DNA of 59,899 nt from Nanobdellota archaeon. GTDB lineage: Archaea > Nanobdellota > Nanobdellia > PEZQ01. The notes under the pieces were generated by a model that saw nothing but the letters and a program-made list of their open reading frames with translations, did not search any database and had not been told where the DNA came from. Below are positions 41,787-51,081 of the stretch, piece after piece. The position numbers and the translations under genes were made by a program. The DNA is taken from NCBI GenBank assembly GCA_018220985.1, contig JAAOXS010000014.1, positions 1-59,899 on the forward strand. The letters run 5' to 3'. Positions within the stretch are counted from its first letter, which is position 1, and every line of letters starts with the position of its first letter.

Positions 41787-42568
41787 AGCAAACCCTCTTT
41801 CTTAATTTGATTCTCACCTTTCTTAATCATCCAACTACCCAAGAATAAAGTTATCACACCAAAAATGAAAAGAATACTGATTTCAGGTAAAACATCTATT
41901 AACGTAGCATTTTCAAGCATTACTTTTCTCACACCCTCAACAGCGTAATAAGGCGGAAGAAGTTTTGAAAAAGACTGTAAAAAACCAGGCAAAACAGTTA
42001 TTGGATAAAACACGCCAGATACCAATCTTAACATTTCAAAAGCGACTTCAGTTATTGCCTCAATCCTACCAAGCATAAGATTAATCCCTGAAAAAATGTA
42101 AGACATCCCAATAAGACTAAACCATGAAAGTAAAAACATTAACACAAGCATTAAAACATTAAAATTCACGTTCATACCAAACAAGAACATTAAAAATATG
42201 AGAATGGACGCGTCAATTAACCCGCGTAAAAATTCGAAAAGGGAGAAACCAAAAAAATAACCTAACCTACTTGAAGGAGTTACGTAAATGTAAGCTAATC
42301 TTTTACGTTCAAATTCCTGATTGATTTTGTGCTGAACCTTTCTAAAACCCCTAGACATAAAAGTCCAAGTCATGGTTCCAGTAATAACAAAAGCACCGTA
42401 ATCCTGAATGTCAGATACTGAACCAACCACTTTACCCAAAAAATACCACATGAAAAAAGTTACGACAGGCCATACAAATATCCACGCACTATAATCCAGC
42501 CAAAAATATCTTACTGCTTTCCACCTGTCAATCATAGAATATTTAGCGCCTAATAGAAACGTTTTCAT
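41783..42568 (-). CDS. ABC-2 type transporter permease
   Basis: 261 aa, about 6 TM. 4-nt overlap with the upstream ATPase gene. Confidence 0.7.
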   Translation of the reverse strand: MKTFLLGAKYSMIDRWKAVRYFWLDYSAWIFVWPVVTFFMWYFLGKVVGSVSDIQDYGAFVITGTMTWTFMSRGFRKVQHKINQEFERKRLAYIYVTPSSRLGYFFGFSLFEFLRGLIDASILIFLMFLFGMNVNFNVLMLVLMFLLSWFSLIGMSYIFSGINLMLGRIEAITEVAFEMLRLVSGVFYPITVLPGFLQSFSKLLPPYYAVEGVRKVMLENATLIDVLPEISILFIFGVITLFLGSWMIKKGENQIKKEGLL

Positions 42569-43539
42569 ATTTTAGCACCTTTATTCAAGTATAAGAAAAC
42601 ATCTTCTAAGCTGGGTTGTGTGACTTCGAAGCGTGCGAGTTTAATTTTTTTCTTTTTCAAGTAATACATTACGTCATTAACTTCATCATAATTTTTAACT
42701 AATACTTCATTGTGGTCTCCGACTTTTTTTAGTTCAAATTTGAAATTTGAGAAATCATGTTTTCTGAAAGTTTCGAAAATAACTCTATGCTGTTTTGAAA
42801 GCATTTTTTTAAGTTTTTTAATGTTGTTAACCATAACGATTTTACCATCGTAAATAAACGCTATCCTATCACAATATTTTTCCGCTTCTAGCATGTAGTG
42901 CGTTGTTAACAAAACACTTAACCCCTCCTCTTTTTTGAGTTGCAAAACTTTTTTCCAAACACTACGTTGAATTGACGGGTCCATTCCAATAGTAGGCTCA
43001 TCCAATAACCATACTTTAGGTGAGTGAATTAAGCTCTTAGCTAGTTTAAGTCTTTGAACATAACCCGTACTTAACGTTACTGTTGAATGATTGCTAACTT
43101 CAAGTAGTCCGAGAGTTTTTAATAATTCTTCAACGCGCTCCACTGCTTTTTTTTGAGATATGTCATAAAGGTTAGCGTAAGTGAGTAAGTCATGACGTAC
43201 AGTAGTTGCTACTTTTCCAATTTGAGCTAGTACTAATCCTAATTTTTTCCTAACTTCATTAGGTTCTTTTTGAATTTCATGCCCGTAAACAAAAGCATTA
43301 CCTGAATCTGGCGTGACAAGTGTTGCGAGCATTTTTATTATTGTTGTTTTACCAGCACCGTTTGGTCCTAGTAAGCCAAAAATTTCACCTTTTTTTATGT
43401 TAAATGATGCGTTATCAACTGCCTTGAAGTAATCTTTGTTACGGTAGCGTCTGCGAAAAGTATCTAAGAAAGAATATTGATTACGCCTACCTCCTTTAAG
43501 ATAAAGTTTAGTTAAATTATTAACTTCTACAACGTTCAT
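42565..43539 (-). CDS. ABC transporter ATP-binding protein
   Basis: Walker A GPNGAGKTT, signature LSTGYVQRL, Walker B WLLDEPTIGMD. Confidence 0.85.
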   Translation of the reverse strand: MNVVEVNNLTKLYLKGGRRNQYSFLDTFRRRYRNKDYFKAVDNASFNIKKGEIFGLLGPNGAGKTTIIKMLATLVTPDSGNAFVYGHEIQKEPNEVRKKLGLVLAQIGKVATTVRHDLLTYANLYDISQKKAVERVEELLKTLGLLEVSNHSTVTLSTGYVQRLKLAKSLIHSPKVWLLDEPTIGMDPSIQRSVWKKVLQLKKEEGLSVLLTTHYMLEAEKYCDRIAFIYDGKIVMVNNIKKLKKMLSKQHRVIFETFRKHDFSNFKFELKKVGDHNEVLVKNYDEVNDVMYYLKKKKIKLARFEVTQPSLEDVFLYLNKGAKI

Positions 43540-43674
43540 TGAATTGTGATTTATACACTGCAGTATATATTTTTAAAAATTGTTGAAATTGAATATGGAA
43601 ATGTTATAAAGAATTGGAATTCTTGTTTTAGGATAAGGGTTTATAAATAATAATTTCTAAATAATATTGCACGC

Positions 43675-44067
43675 ATGAAAGATGAAAACGCGGGTAAGTT
43701 CATTATTGGAACTGGAATTTTATTATTACTAATGATTTTCACTTATCACATAACAGTCCTAACTAAATTATTTTTTTTAATGGAAATTTTGTATTTGTTA
43801 GTGGTTTTTGCTTTAATAACAACAGGTTTTTACATTATTTTCAGAAAACGATTTCAAGGACGGTTTGAAGAACTTAAAAAAGAATTGTATAATTTGACGC
43901 CTGACGAAATCAAGGTTTATGATTTAATCAAAAAAAAAATTCCGCTAAGAAAAATTTGTAAAAAAACAAGAATTCCAAAAATCAAAGTTAAAAAAATTTT
44001 GGACAACATACAAGAAAAAGGACTTGTAAAAATAAGTAATAAAGGGCAAATTAAAATTTTAGAATAA
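43675..44067 (+). CDS. Membrane-anchored winged-helix-like protein
   Basis: Two N-terminal TM segments, then LTPDEIKVYDLIKKK..ICKKTRIPKIKVKKILDNIQEKGLV (wHTH-like by eye). Confidence 0.45.
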   Translation: MKDENAGKFIIGTGILLLLMIFTYHITVLTKLFFLMEILYLLVVFALITTGFYIIFRKRFQGRFEELKKELYNLTPDEIKVYDLIKKKIPLRKICKKTRIPKIKVKKILDNIQEKGLVKISNKGQIKILE

Positions 44068-44073
44068 ACAAAA

Positions 44074-45837
44074 TTATTTAACAGTGACGGATTTAGCAAG
44101 ATTTCTTGGCTTATCCACATTACAACCTTTCTCAACAGCAGTGTAATAAGCTAACAATTGGCAAGGAATGTTTGCAAGAATAGGATAATACAACGGGTCA
44201 ACCTTAGGAATCAATAATTCAAAATCGAAAACACCATTAGAATGATCAGTAATCCCAATCACGAAACCACCCCTCGCCTTAACCTCATGAATATTATTAA
44301 TCGTCTCACTGTAAGTGTAATCATAAGGTGCAATAGCGATAACAGGCGTGCCATCAGTGATTAAAGCAAGAGTACCATGCTTTAATTCTCCAGCAGGCAT
44401 TCCCTCAGCATGAATATAACTAATCTCCTTAATCTTCAACGCGCCCTCACTAGCAACTGCAAAATTAATTGCACGAGCAATATAATAAATATCATTCTCA
44501 TCCTTAATTTTTTTAGCTAACAACTTTGTTTTTTCCTCATTATTAGCAATAACTTCCCTAATCTTATCAACTAAACCACGCAACTCAACAAGCTTCTCAT
44601 CCAAATTGTACGTCATTGTATAAGCTATTTGATAAAAAATCATTAACTGACTTGAAAAAGCCTTAGTTGAAGCAACACTAATCTCAGGACCAGCGTTCAA
44701 ATAAACACTAATGTCAGATAATAAATCAAGCGACGAGCCAACAACATTAACAATACTAATAAGCTTACATCCAGCATGTTTAGCTATTCTAACAGGACCT
44801 AAAACGTCTGCAGTCTCACCGCTTTGCGAAACAGCAATTATTAACGTATCCTTACCTATCTTATCAACAAAATATTGGAATTCGCTTGCCATGTAAACTT
44901 CACAATACTTACCAGTAACTTCAGAAATAATGTACCTGCCAACAATAGCAGCATGCCTTGAAGTTCCGCAAGCAATAATGCAAACACGCGGTGCTGAATT
45001 AATCATTCTTGCAACTTCAATAAGTTTACTTTTATCCTGCATTAATGAAAGTTTTAACGTGTCAGGTTGCTCGTGAATTTCCTTAATCAAAAAATGATCC
45101 ATACCCCCTTTTGAAACATCGTAAGAACCATCAGCTACTTTTGAAACATTTTTTTTAATTTCTTTACCTGAAAAAAAATCGTAAAAAACAGCCCCACCAT
45201 TTTTCACCACAACAGCTTCACCGTCACTCATAAAAACCACGTTACGCGTTTTATTACTAAACGATAACGTATCCGAAGCTATGAAAAACTCGTTCTCACC
45301 AATACCAGTCACTAAAGGACTTTCCTTCCTGCATGCTACAAGCATTTTTTCCTTAACGTGCATTGCAATGAACGCGAACGAACCTTTAAGTTTTAAAGCA
45401 GTTTTGAAAACTGCTTGCACAAAATCACCATCATAAAATTCCTCTATTAAATGAGCTATTACTTCACTGTCTGTCTCGCTCTTGAAAACATGATTTTTCA
45501 ATTCTTTTTTTAATTCAACAAAATTTTCAATAATGCCATTATGAACAATAGCTATATCCCCACTACACGATGTGTGAGGATGCGTGTTTTCATCAGTAAC
45601 ACCACCATGCGTTGCCCAACGCGTATGAGAAATCCCAATATTACCCTCAACGTTTTCAAAACGTTTCTCCTCACAAACTTTTCCAACGCTTCCAATACCC
45701 TTAAGAACATGTATATCAGGATTTTTTAAAACTGCAATACCGCAAGAATCATAACCTCGATACTCCAGTCTTTTCAAACCCCGCGTCAAAATTTTTGAAG
45801 CTTGTTCCTGACCAACATAACCAATTATTCCACACAT
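44074..45837 (-). CDS. glmS: Glutamine--fructose-6-phosphate aminotransferase
   Basis: ATG at 45837 gives MCGIIGY, providing the required N-terminal nucleophile Cys (the track start at 45846 is GTG). Two SIS domains and a C-terminal ..NLAKSVTVK. Confidence 0.95.
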   Translation of the reverse strand: MCGIIGYVGQEQASKILTRGLKRLEYRGYDSCGIAVLKNPDIHVLKGIGSVGKVCEEKRFENVEGNIGISHTRWATHGGVTDENTHPHTSCSGDIAIVHNGIIENFVELKKELKNHVFKSETDSEVIAHLIEEFYDGDFVQAVFKTALKLKGSFAFIAMHVKEKMLVACRKESPLVTGIGENEFFIASDTLSFSNKTRNVVFMSDGEAVVVKNGGAVFYDFFSGKEIKKNVSKVADGSYDVSKGGMDHFLIKEIHEQPDTLKLSLMQDKSKLIEVARMINSAPRVCIIACGTSRHAAIVGRYIISEVTGKYCEVYMASEFQYFVDKIGKDTLIIAVSQSGETADVLGPVRIAKHAGCKLISIVNVVGSSLDLLSDISVYLNAGPEISVASTKAFSSQLMIFYQIAYTMTYNLDEKLVELRGLVDKIREVIANNEEKTKLLAKKIKDENDIYYIARAINFAVASEGALKIKEISYIHAEGMPAGELKHGTLALITDGTPVIAIAPYDYTYSETINNIHEVKARGGFVIGITDHSNGVFDFELLIPKVDPLYYPILANIPCQLLAYYTAVEKGCNVDKPRNLAKSVTVK

Positions 45838-45931
45838 AGCACTCACTAAAAATTATTCGCCCAGTTAAAAACGAGTATTCAAAATCAAAACAATTAAAGA
45901 TTTATAAACTTAATGAACAAAAAGTATCAAA

Positions 45932-46093
45932 TCATATATCAGTTATTATATCTGATAAATCACTACCAACACTACTAATATCAGAAGAAACATCACCTAT
46001 CTCTTCAATAACAGTTTCATTTTCAATTATTTGTTCAGAGCTTGAAGTCACGCAACCCGAAATAAACAAGACTAAAACCAACAATATTAACCA
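45932..46093 (-). CDS. Small (53 aa) secreted/lipobox-like acidic peptide, below the track cutoff
   Basis: Hand translation: MVNIVVLVLFISGCVTSSSEQIIENETVIEEIGDVSSDISSVGSDLSDIITDI. The ATG lies 1 nt after the TGA of the upstream Cys-rich gene. Coordinates +/-1 nt. Confidence 0.3.
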   Translation of the reverse strand, partial: WLILLVLVLFISGCVTSSSEQIIENETVIEEIGDVSSDISSVGSDLSDIITDI

Positions 46094-46095
46094 TT

Positions 46096-48321
46096 TCATA
46101 AACTTTCACCTTCAATAATGTAATCAATAACAGTCATAAAATTTTCAAAAACACCTATCAAACCATTCTTTATAACTAATAAATCATTAATTGTAGCAAT
46201 ATCCTTAACATTACGAATATCCAATTTTATCCTTGTTAAATCAGAATTAACTTCTCCTAATTTATTACTAATAAAATTCCAATGCATGTAAGCAGATGTA
46301 TCTACTGAATAATGGTTAGCAATGTTTAACGTTTTATTTTTAATAATGTTAACTTTTATTTGAACTGTTTCAATTTTAAGAATAATCTCTGCAAGTTTTA
46401 GTTTAACCTCGTTAATAGAATATTCTTTTTGAAGAGTGTTCTCTTCAGATTTAACAGCTCTAATTTGCAATGTGTGAGTTTCATCTTCTTCAAAAACCTC
46501 ATCAGTTTCCATTGTTTCATCTTCAACAATCTCTTCTGTCACATTAACATCCTCACTTGTTAAAGAATCATTTACATTTCCTAAAGGATTTACTTCTAAA
46601 GAAATATCTTCTCCATCAATAATATTTTCTTGGGATGTTACTCCTTGATAAATATTTAAGTAAAAACAATTACTTGTTTTGATTTTAATTTTTGAAGTTT
46701 TAGGCGTGTAATAAATATCACCAGAATAACTTTTCTGATTTGGATTATTATATTCTGTTTTCTTAACCCAAAACGCGCCATTAAACTCGTAAATTTCGAA
46801 ATCTGGGTTTGTACAAACATAAGCATCAGTGTAATAATATAATTTAATAGATTCGTTTTGAAGAGTTTCGTAAATCTTATAATTAGAGCAACCGCCCCAA
46901 ACAAACCAGTTCGCACTTCCATCACCAATAGTTGGATAAGTCACTCCACGTGAATTAATGCAATAATCAACATCACTTTCAACAGGATAAATCTTATACC
47001 CATTAGAAATTGTCGTAACACAATCATTACAATCTTGCACGCAAGAAGAACAATTTTCGTTGATATTGCACACACCATCACCGCATGCATCTTCTAAATC
47101 ACCAACAACATCACTTTCAATTACACAAACCCCCTCACTTGAGCACGTGTAACCAGAACTGCACCCGCAATCAAGAACACAAGAACCGCAAGTTTCATCA
47201 AGCGAAGAATTACAAACATTATCACCACATATATCTTCTATTTCAGAATTATTATTTACTATATTATTTTCAACAATACATGTTCCATCTGAACAAGTAT
47301 AGCCCAAATCACATCCACAATCAACAACACAAGAACTACAAGTTTCATCAAGCGAAGAATTACAAACATTATCACCACATGTATCTGAAACAATTATGCA
47401 CGCACCGTCAACACATGATTGACCTGAATCACAGCTAAGTGTTGTAGCAGTAATAGATGCACCAGTACAATAATACTCGTATAATGTTGTTCCTGAACAA
47501 TAGTCAGTATAACCCCCATCAACATTAGTGTTCAAATAAGTTTGCCCTTTAACTGTTTTAACATTACCACTATCAGTGTCAATACATTCAATGTTTTCAC
47601 AAGTGCAAAGATTAGAACAATAAACCAAATTACTAAAACCACAACCACTACAACAAGGACTAACTACTCCATCGCAATCCTCGCCAGATTCAACAATATC
47701 ATTACCACACACACCAGCCTCACTTAATTGACAAGTTTGAGACGAGTCATTACAGAAATAATTACCATCACAAGCACAATCACTAACACAAGAAGCGCAA
47801 GTTTCATTACCATCACACACTGAATCACCGCAAACAACAGGCTCAGAAATTGTTTTTGAAAGTTTATAAATAGCTTTAAACCAACCCGTTTCCAAATCCA
47901 TTTCGTAAAAAGTTTCATTCACAATCAAACCAGAAGGAGTAGTGTAATTTCCACCCCATTCCAGCCACGTACAAGAAGATGGTGGTAAACTCATTGAACA
48001 AGTTTGTGCAGGTACATAGTAATATACACCCTCATCAAAAGGATCTAACAAACCACCACTATAAAACATAAGTTCAAAATTGTTAGATTCAGGATCTAAA
48101 ACATAAAACATATCATAACTACCATTAGACGCCACATAATACAATTTTATTAATAATGGAATTACATCATCATACATATAATAATCATAATCTGGAATTA
48201 AATCACTACCACTAACCTGATCGAAAATCAAACCGCTTGAAGAAGAAATATCATGAGAATAAGTTACTGCAAAACCAGAACTCACAAAAAAAACCAAACT
48301 CAAAAATAAAAATTTCCTCAT
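46096..48321 (-). CDS. Secreted cysteine-rich repeat protein (CGDxxC...C..C..DC modules) with a C-terminal helical domain
   Basis: ATG at 48321 gives the signal peptide MRKFLFLSLVFFVSSGFA. The longer track start would overlap pelota. There are at least 5 Cys modules, an acidic linker and a helical C-terminus. Confidence 0.65.
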   Translation of the reverse strand: MRKFLFLSLVFFVSSGFAVTYSHDISSSSGLIFDQVSGSDLIPDYDYYMYDDVIPLLIKLYYVASNGSYDMFYVLDPESNNFELMFYSGGLLDPFDEGVYYYVPAQTCSMSLPPSSCTWLEWGGNYTTPSGLIVNETFYEMDLETGWFKAIYKLSKTISEPVVCGDSVCDGNETCASCVSDCACDGNYFCNDSSQTCQLSEAGVCGNDIVESGEDCDGVVSPCCSGCGFSNLVYCSNLCTCENIECIDTDSGNVKTVKGQTYLNTNVDGGYTDYCSGTTLYEYYCTGASITATTLSCDSGQSCVDGACIIVSDTCGDNVCNSSLDETCSSCVVDCGCDLGYTCSDGTCIVENNIVNNNSEIEDICGDNVCNSSLDETCGSCVLDCGCSSGYTCSSEGVCVIESDVVGDLEDACGDGVCNINENCSSCVQDCNDCVTTISNGYKIYPVESDVDYCINSRGVTYPTIGDGSANWFVWGGCSNYKIYETLQNESIKLYYYTDAYVCTNPDFEIYEFNGAFWVKKTEYNNPNQKSYSGDIYYTPKTSKIKIKTSNCFYLNIYQGVTSQENIIDGEDISLEVNPLGNVNDSLTSEDVNVTEEIVEDETMETDEVFEEDETHTLQIRAVKSEENTLQKEYSINEVKLKLAEIILKIETVQIKVNIIKNKTLNIANHYSVDTSAYMHWNFISNKLGEVNSDLTRIKLDIRNVKDIATINDLLVIKNGLIGVFENFMTVIDYIIEGESL
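47091..47390 (-). repeat. Tandem 150-bp (50-aa) coding repeat inside the Cys-rich gene
   Basis: Exact 42-bp match at 47189-47230 and 47339-47380, with flanking near-identity. It encodes (D/T)(I/T)CGDNVCNSSLDETC(G/S)SCV(L/V)DCGC.. twice. Confidence 0.8.
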
Positions 48322-48388
48322 CTCAGTAATATAACTGACAAAAACACATATAAAAAACTTATTAAAAACAAGCGCTAAATAAGTTATT

Positions 48389-49408
48389 ATGAAAGTCTTA
48401 CTTAAAGACAAAAAACACAACACGCTAAAAATAGTGATAGACGATAATGAAGATTATTACTATTTAGATAAATTAGTGAACGCCGGCGATAAAATAAAAA
48501 CTGTTTCTTACAGAAAAACCAAAAAAGGACGTAAAGAAGAAACAGTCAAAAAAAAATACGTAATAGAAATAGTTCTTGAACAAACAATTTTTGGTACGAA
48601 CAACTTACGATTTAAAGGAAAAATAACGTGGACTAACAGTGATGACGTGCCACTTGGCAGCTACCACTCACTAACAGTGGAACAAGGAAGTAAAATCACC
48701 ATTACAAAAAAAATAGTGAAAACCGATGAAGAAATACTAAAAAAAGCAGTGAAAACGAGAAAAACAAAAATCGCACTAAGCGTAATTGATTACGGAGAAG
48801 CTCATTTCGGAATACTAGAAAAAAACAAAATAAGAAGATTAGGCAGTTTTGAAGAAAACATAAATGAAAGAGAAATAAAAAAAACGGAGAACAATCAAAA
48901 AAAGTACTTGAAAGAATACGCTAAAAAATTAGAAGAATTAAACAAACAAGAACAACCAGGAATAATCATAATTGGCTCAACAGGATTCATGAATGAACAC
49001 GTAAAAAAAATAATGCCAGACATTCTAAAAAAGAAAACACACTATTGCAAAGTATCCAACACAACACAAAGAGGATTGCAAGAAATAATTAATCGCGACG
49101 AAACAGGCAAAATACTAGCTGAAGAAGAAGTAAGCAAAGAAACAGGAATAATAAATTTGTTTTTTGAAAAAATAGGGAAAAAAAATTCTAAAACAATCTA
49201 CGGATTAAAAATTGTAAAAGAAAAAACAATGACTGGCGCTGTTGAAACATTACTAATAAGTGATGAATTATTAAAAAACGAAGAAATAAGAAACATAATT
49301 GAAAAAAACGAAGAATTAAGCGGGAAAATAGAAATAATAAGCTCGCAACACGGGAAAGGTGAAGAGTTCTTAAAATTCGGTGGAATAGGCGCTTTTCTCA
49401 GGTATTAA
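48389..49408 (+). CDS. pelA: Pelota (aDom34) mRNA surveillance / ribosome rescue factor
   Basis: 339 aa with an N-terminal Sm-like domain sequence and central/C-terminal eRF1-like domains (..VETLLISDEL..). Family recognised by eye. Confidence 0.8.
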   Translation: MKVLLKDKKHNTLKIVIDDNEDYYYLDKLVNAGDKIKTVSYRKTKKGRKEETVKKKYVIEIVLEQTIFGTNNLRFKGKITWTNSDDVPLGSYHSLTVEQGSKITITKKIVKTDEEILKKAVKTRKTKIALSVIDYGEAHFGILEKNKIRRLGSFEENINEREIKKTENNQKKYLKEYAKKLEELNKQEQPGIIIIGSTGFMNEHVKKIMPDILKKKTHYCKVSNTTQRGLQEIINRDETGKILAEEEVSKETGIINLFFEKIGKKNSKTIYGLKIVKEKTMTGAVETLLISDELLKNEEIRNIIEKNEELSGKIEIISSQHGKGEEFLKFGGIGAFLRY

Positions 49409-49441
49409 ACATAAATAAAAAACAAAAAAACAAAAAATAAA

Positions 49442-49738
49442 TTACGTTCTTAACTTATAAAGCACAAGCACGCCAACAGCCATTGCAGCAACTAATGCTG
49501 CGAACCAACCGTCAAAACCGTAAAGACGCGTAACTGCTTTACCAGTAATTTGCAATTCTTCCTGCGCGAAACCACAGTCCCCATTTTCCAAACAAACCAT
49601 GCTTGAACTGCAAGCGCAATCTTCACAACAACTACTGCGCGACTCGCCTGCAACAGTGTTACACACTCCATCACCGCAATAAGCGAAAACAGAAGAAACA
49701 GCCACTAAAAACGCGATTGCAAAAAATGCTGATCTCAT
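49442..49738 (-). CDS. Small membrane-anchored protein carrying one CGDGVC Cys module
   Basis: ATG at 49738 gives the signal MRSAFFAIAFLVAVSSVFA. This is followed by YCGDGVCN..SCCEDCAC..C..GDC and a C-terminal TM WFAALVAAMAVGVLVLY. Confidence 0.55.
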   Translation of the reverse strand: MRSAFFAIAFLVAVSSVFAYCGDGVCNTVAGESRSSCCEDCACSSSMVCLENGDCGFAQEELQITGKAVTRLYGFDGWFAALVAAMAVGVLVLYKLRT

Positions 49739-49773
49739 ATTAAAAATTAAATGGTAATTAAACATTAAAAAAC

Positions 49774-50352
49774 TTATCCTATTTCAACAAATAATTTACC
49801 GCCACGTAATTCTTTTTTAAGAATTTTAGACTCGTCAGGAACGGAAATCACTTTAAAATAACTCTTACCCCTGCCAAAAGCGCGCACTTCAATACTCTCA
49901 CCTAACTTTATTATTTCAACATCATTAATTGATTTAACGTGAGGAATTTTTAATTCTACAAAAACAGAATTACCAACACCCCTAACACTTGCTTCAGGCT
50001 CCTCAACATTCTTTAAAGCACGGCCAGATTTTTTAAGAACAGGCTCTGAAATAACATGTTCTGAAACAGGAATTTTCGCACTTTCATCATAAACTTTAAT
50101 GTCTGGTGTGCCACCACCATCTAAATTACTCATTTTAATAACAAAATTTTTAGAATCCCCAAAAGAAAAGTTCTCATCATTAAAAGAAAAAGAATCGAAA
50201 ACTTGTTTGAACATTTTATCAAAAGATTTCATGAACAATTTGTTAGAGAAGCCCTTGAAAGGATTTCTGAAAAATCCACGCTTCTCTTCACCGCAGTACG
50301 CACAGTAATTCCAACCGTTTTCAAATTTTTTATTACAATTCGAGCAATTCAT
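49774..50352 (-). CDS. Zinc-ribbon protein with a C-terminal Hsp20/alpha-crystallin-like domain
   Basis: N-terminal CSNC..CAYCG. The C-terminal beta-rich segment (VFVELKIPHVKSINDVEIIKLGESIEVRAF...LFVEI) resembles the ACD/CS fold by eye. Confidence 0.45.
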   Translation of the reverse strand: MNCSNCNKKFENGWNYCAYCGEEKRGFFRNPFKGFSNKLFMKSFDKMFKQVFDSFSFNDENFSFGDSKNFVIKMSNLDGGGTPDIKVYDESAKIPVSEHVISEPVLKKSGRALKNVEEPEASVRGVGNSVFVELKIPHVKSINDVEIIKLGESIEVRAFGRGKSYFKVISVPDESKILKKELRGGKLFVEIG

Positions 50353-50454
50353 TAGTAAGTAATAAACCCTGATTTAATGTTTTTAAAACTTACTAATTAT
50401 AATCATAATCATAGATACTTATTTTTATTAGTTAAACCTAATAATACCTCAACA

Positions 50455-51081
50455 ATGACTGTAATAAGTATTTCCGAAAAACCGGGCGCGGGCAGTTCGA
50501 CAACTGCGAAATTATTAGCGAAAAAATTGGGAATAAAACATTTCAGCCCTGGACGCGTATTCAAAGACATAGGATTAGGAATTGTGAAAAAACAATACTA
50601 CTACCCTCTTCTTAAAGAATTATGTGAAGAAAAAAAATTGGAAATACCACTCTTATCAGCGACAAATGACTCTAACGCGGTAACATCATTCTGGAAAACG
50701 CCACTTGGGAAAAGTAAAGAATTGCATAACATATTAGATGAATTATCCAACAACCTTGCAAGAAAAGACAATATAGTTATTGATGGCAAATTAGCAGTAA
50801 AACTTGTTAAAAAAAGTGATTTACGAGTATGGCTTGAAGCATCCTTACAAATTCGAGCTAAAAGAACATCAAAAAGAGATAGTATAAACCAACAAACCGC
50901 TGAAAAACTTATTTTAGAACGCGAAGAAAAAGAAAGAAAAGAATGGCAAAAAATTTACGGATTCGATTATTTCAATCAAAAAGAAGAAGCTGATTTAATC
51001 ATTAACACGTCAAAAATAAGTCCTGAACAAATTGTTGAAAAAATAATTTCAACGCTGAACATTCAAACGTCTCGGAACTGA
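50455..51081 (+). CDS. cmk: Archaeal-type cytidylate kinase
   Basis: ATG at 50455 gives MTVISISEKPGAGSSTTAKLLAKKLG (P-loop). The C-terminal region is typical of archaeal CMP kinases. Confidence 0.7.
   Translation: MTVISISEKPGAGSSTTAKLLAKKLGIKHFSPGRVFKDIGLGIVKKQYYYPLLKELCEEKKLEIPLLSATNDSNAVTSFWKTPLGKSKELHNILDELSNNLARKDNIVIDGKLAVKLVKKSDLRVWLEASLQIRAKRTSKRDSINQQTAEKLILEREEKERKEWQKIYGFDYFNQKEEADLIINTSKISPEQIVEKIISTLNIQTSRN

Noticed and set aside
46186-46203. Apparent 1-nt frame discrepancy when I hand-translated the 3' end of 46096-48423 around 46198-46201 (my manual stop position came out at 46095-46097)
   Set aside because: The computed ORF track shows one uninterrupted 775-aa frame, so I attribute this to my own base-counting error rather than a frameshift. 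It does mean my hand-derived coordinates near 45.9-46.2 kb may be off by 1 nt.
47085-47438. Plus-strand ORF with repeated HQAKNYKHYHH peptide
   Set aside because: It is the mirror image of the 150-bp tandem repeat in the minus-strand Cys-rich gene, not an independent gene.
48322-48423. Long N-terminal extension of the Cys-rich ORF overlapping the pelota start
   Set aside because: The extension begins at a GTG, is hydrophobic junk and overlaps the divergent pelota gene. The internal ATG at 48321 gives a clean signal peptide.
51049-51081. 33-nt convergent overlap of the cmk and mscS 3' ends
   Set aside because: It is consistent with general genome compaction here, where many genes overlap by 4-16 nt. 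There is no additional signal suggesting antisense regulation.
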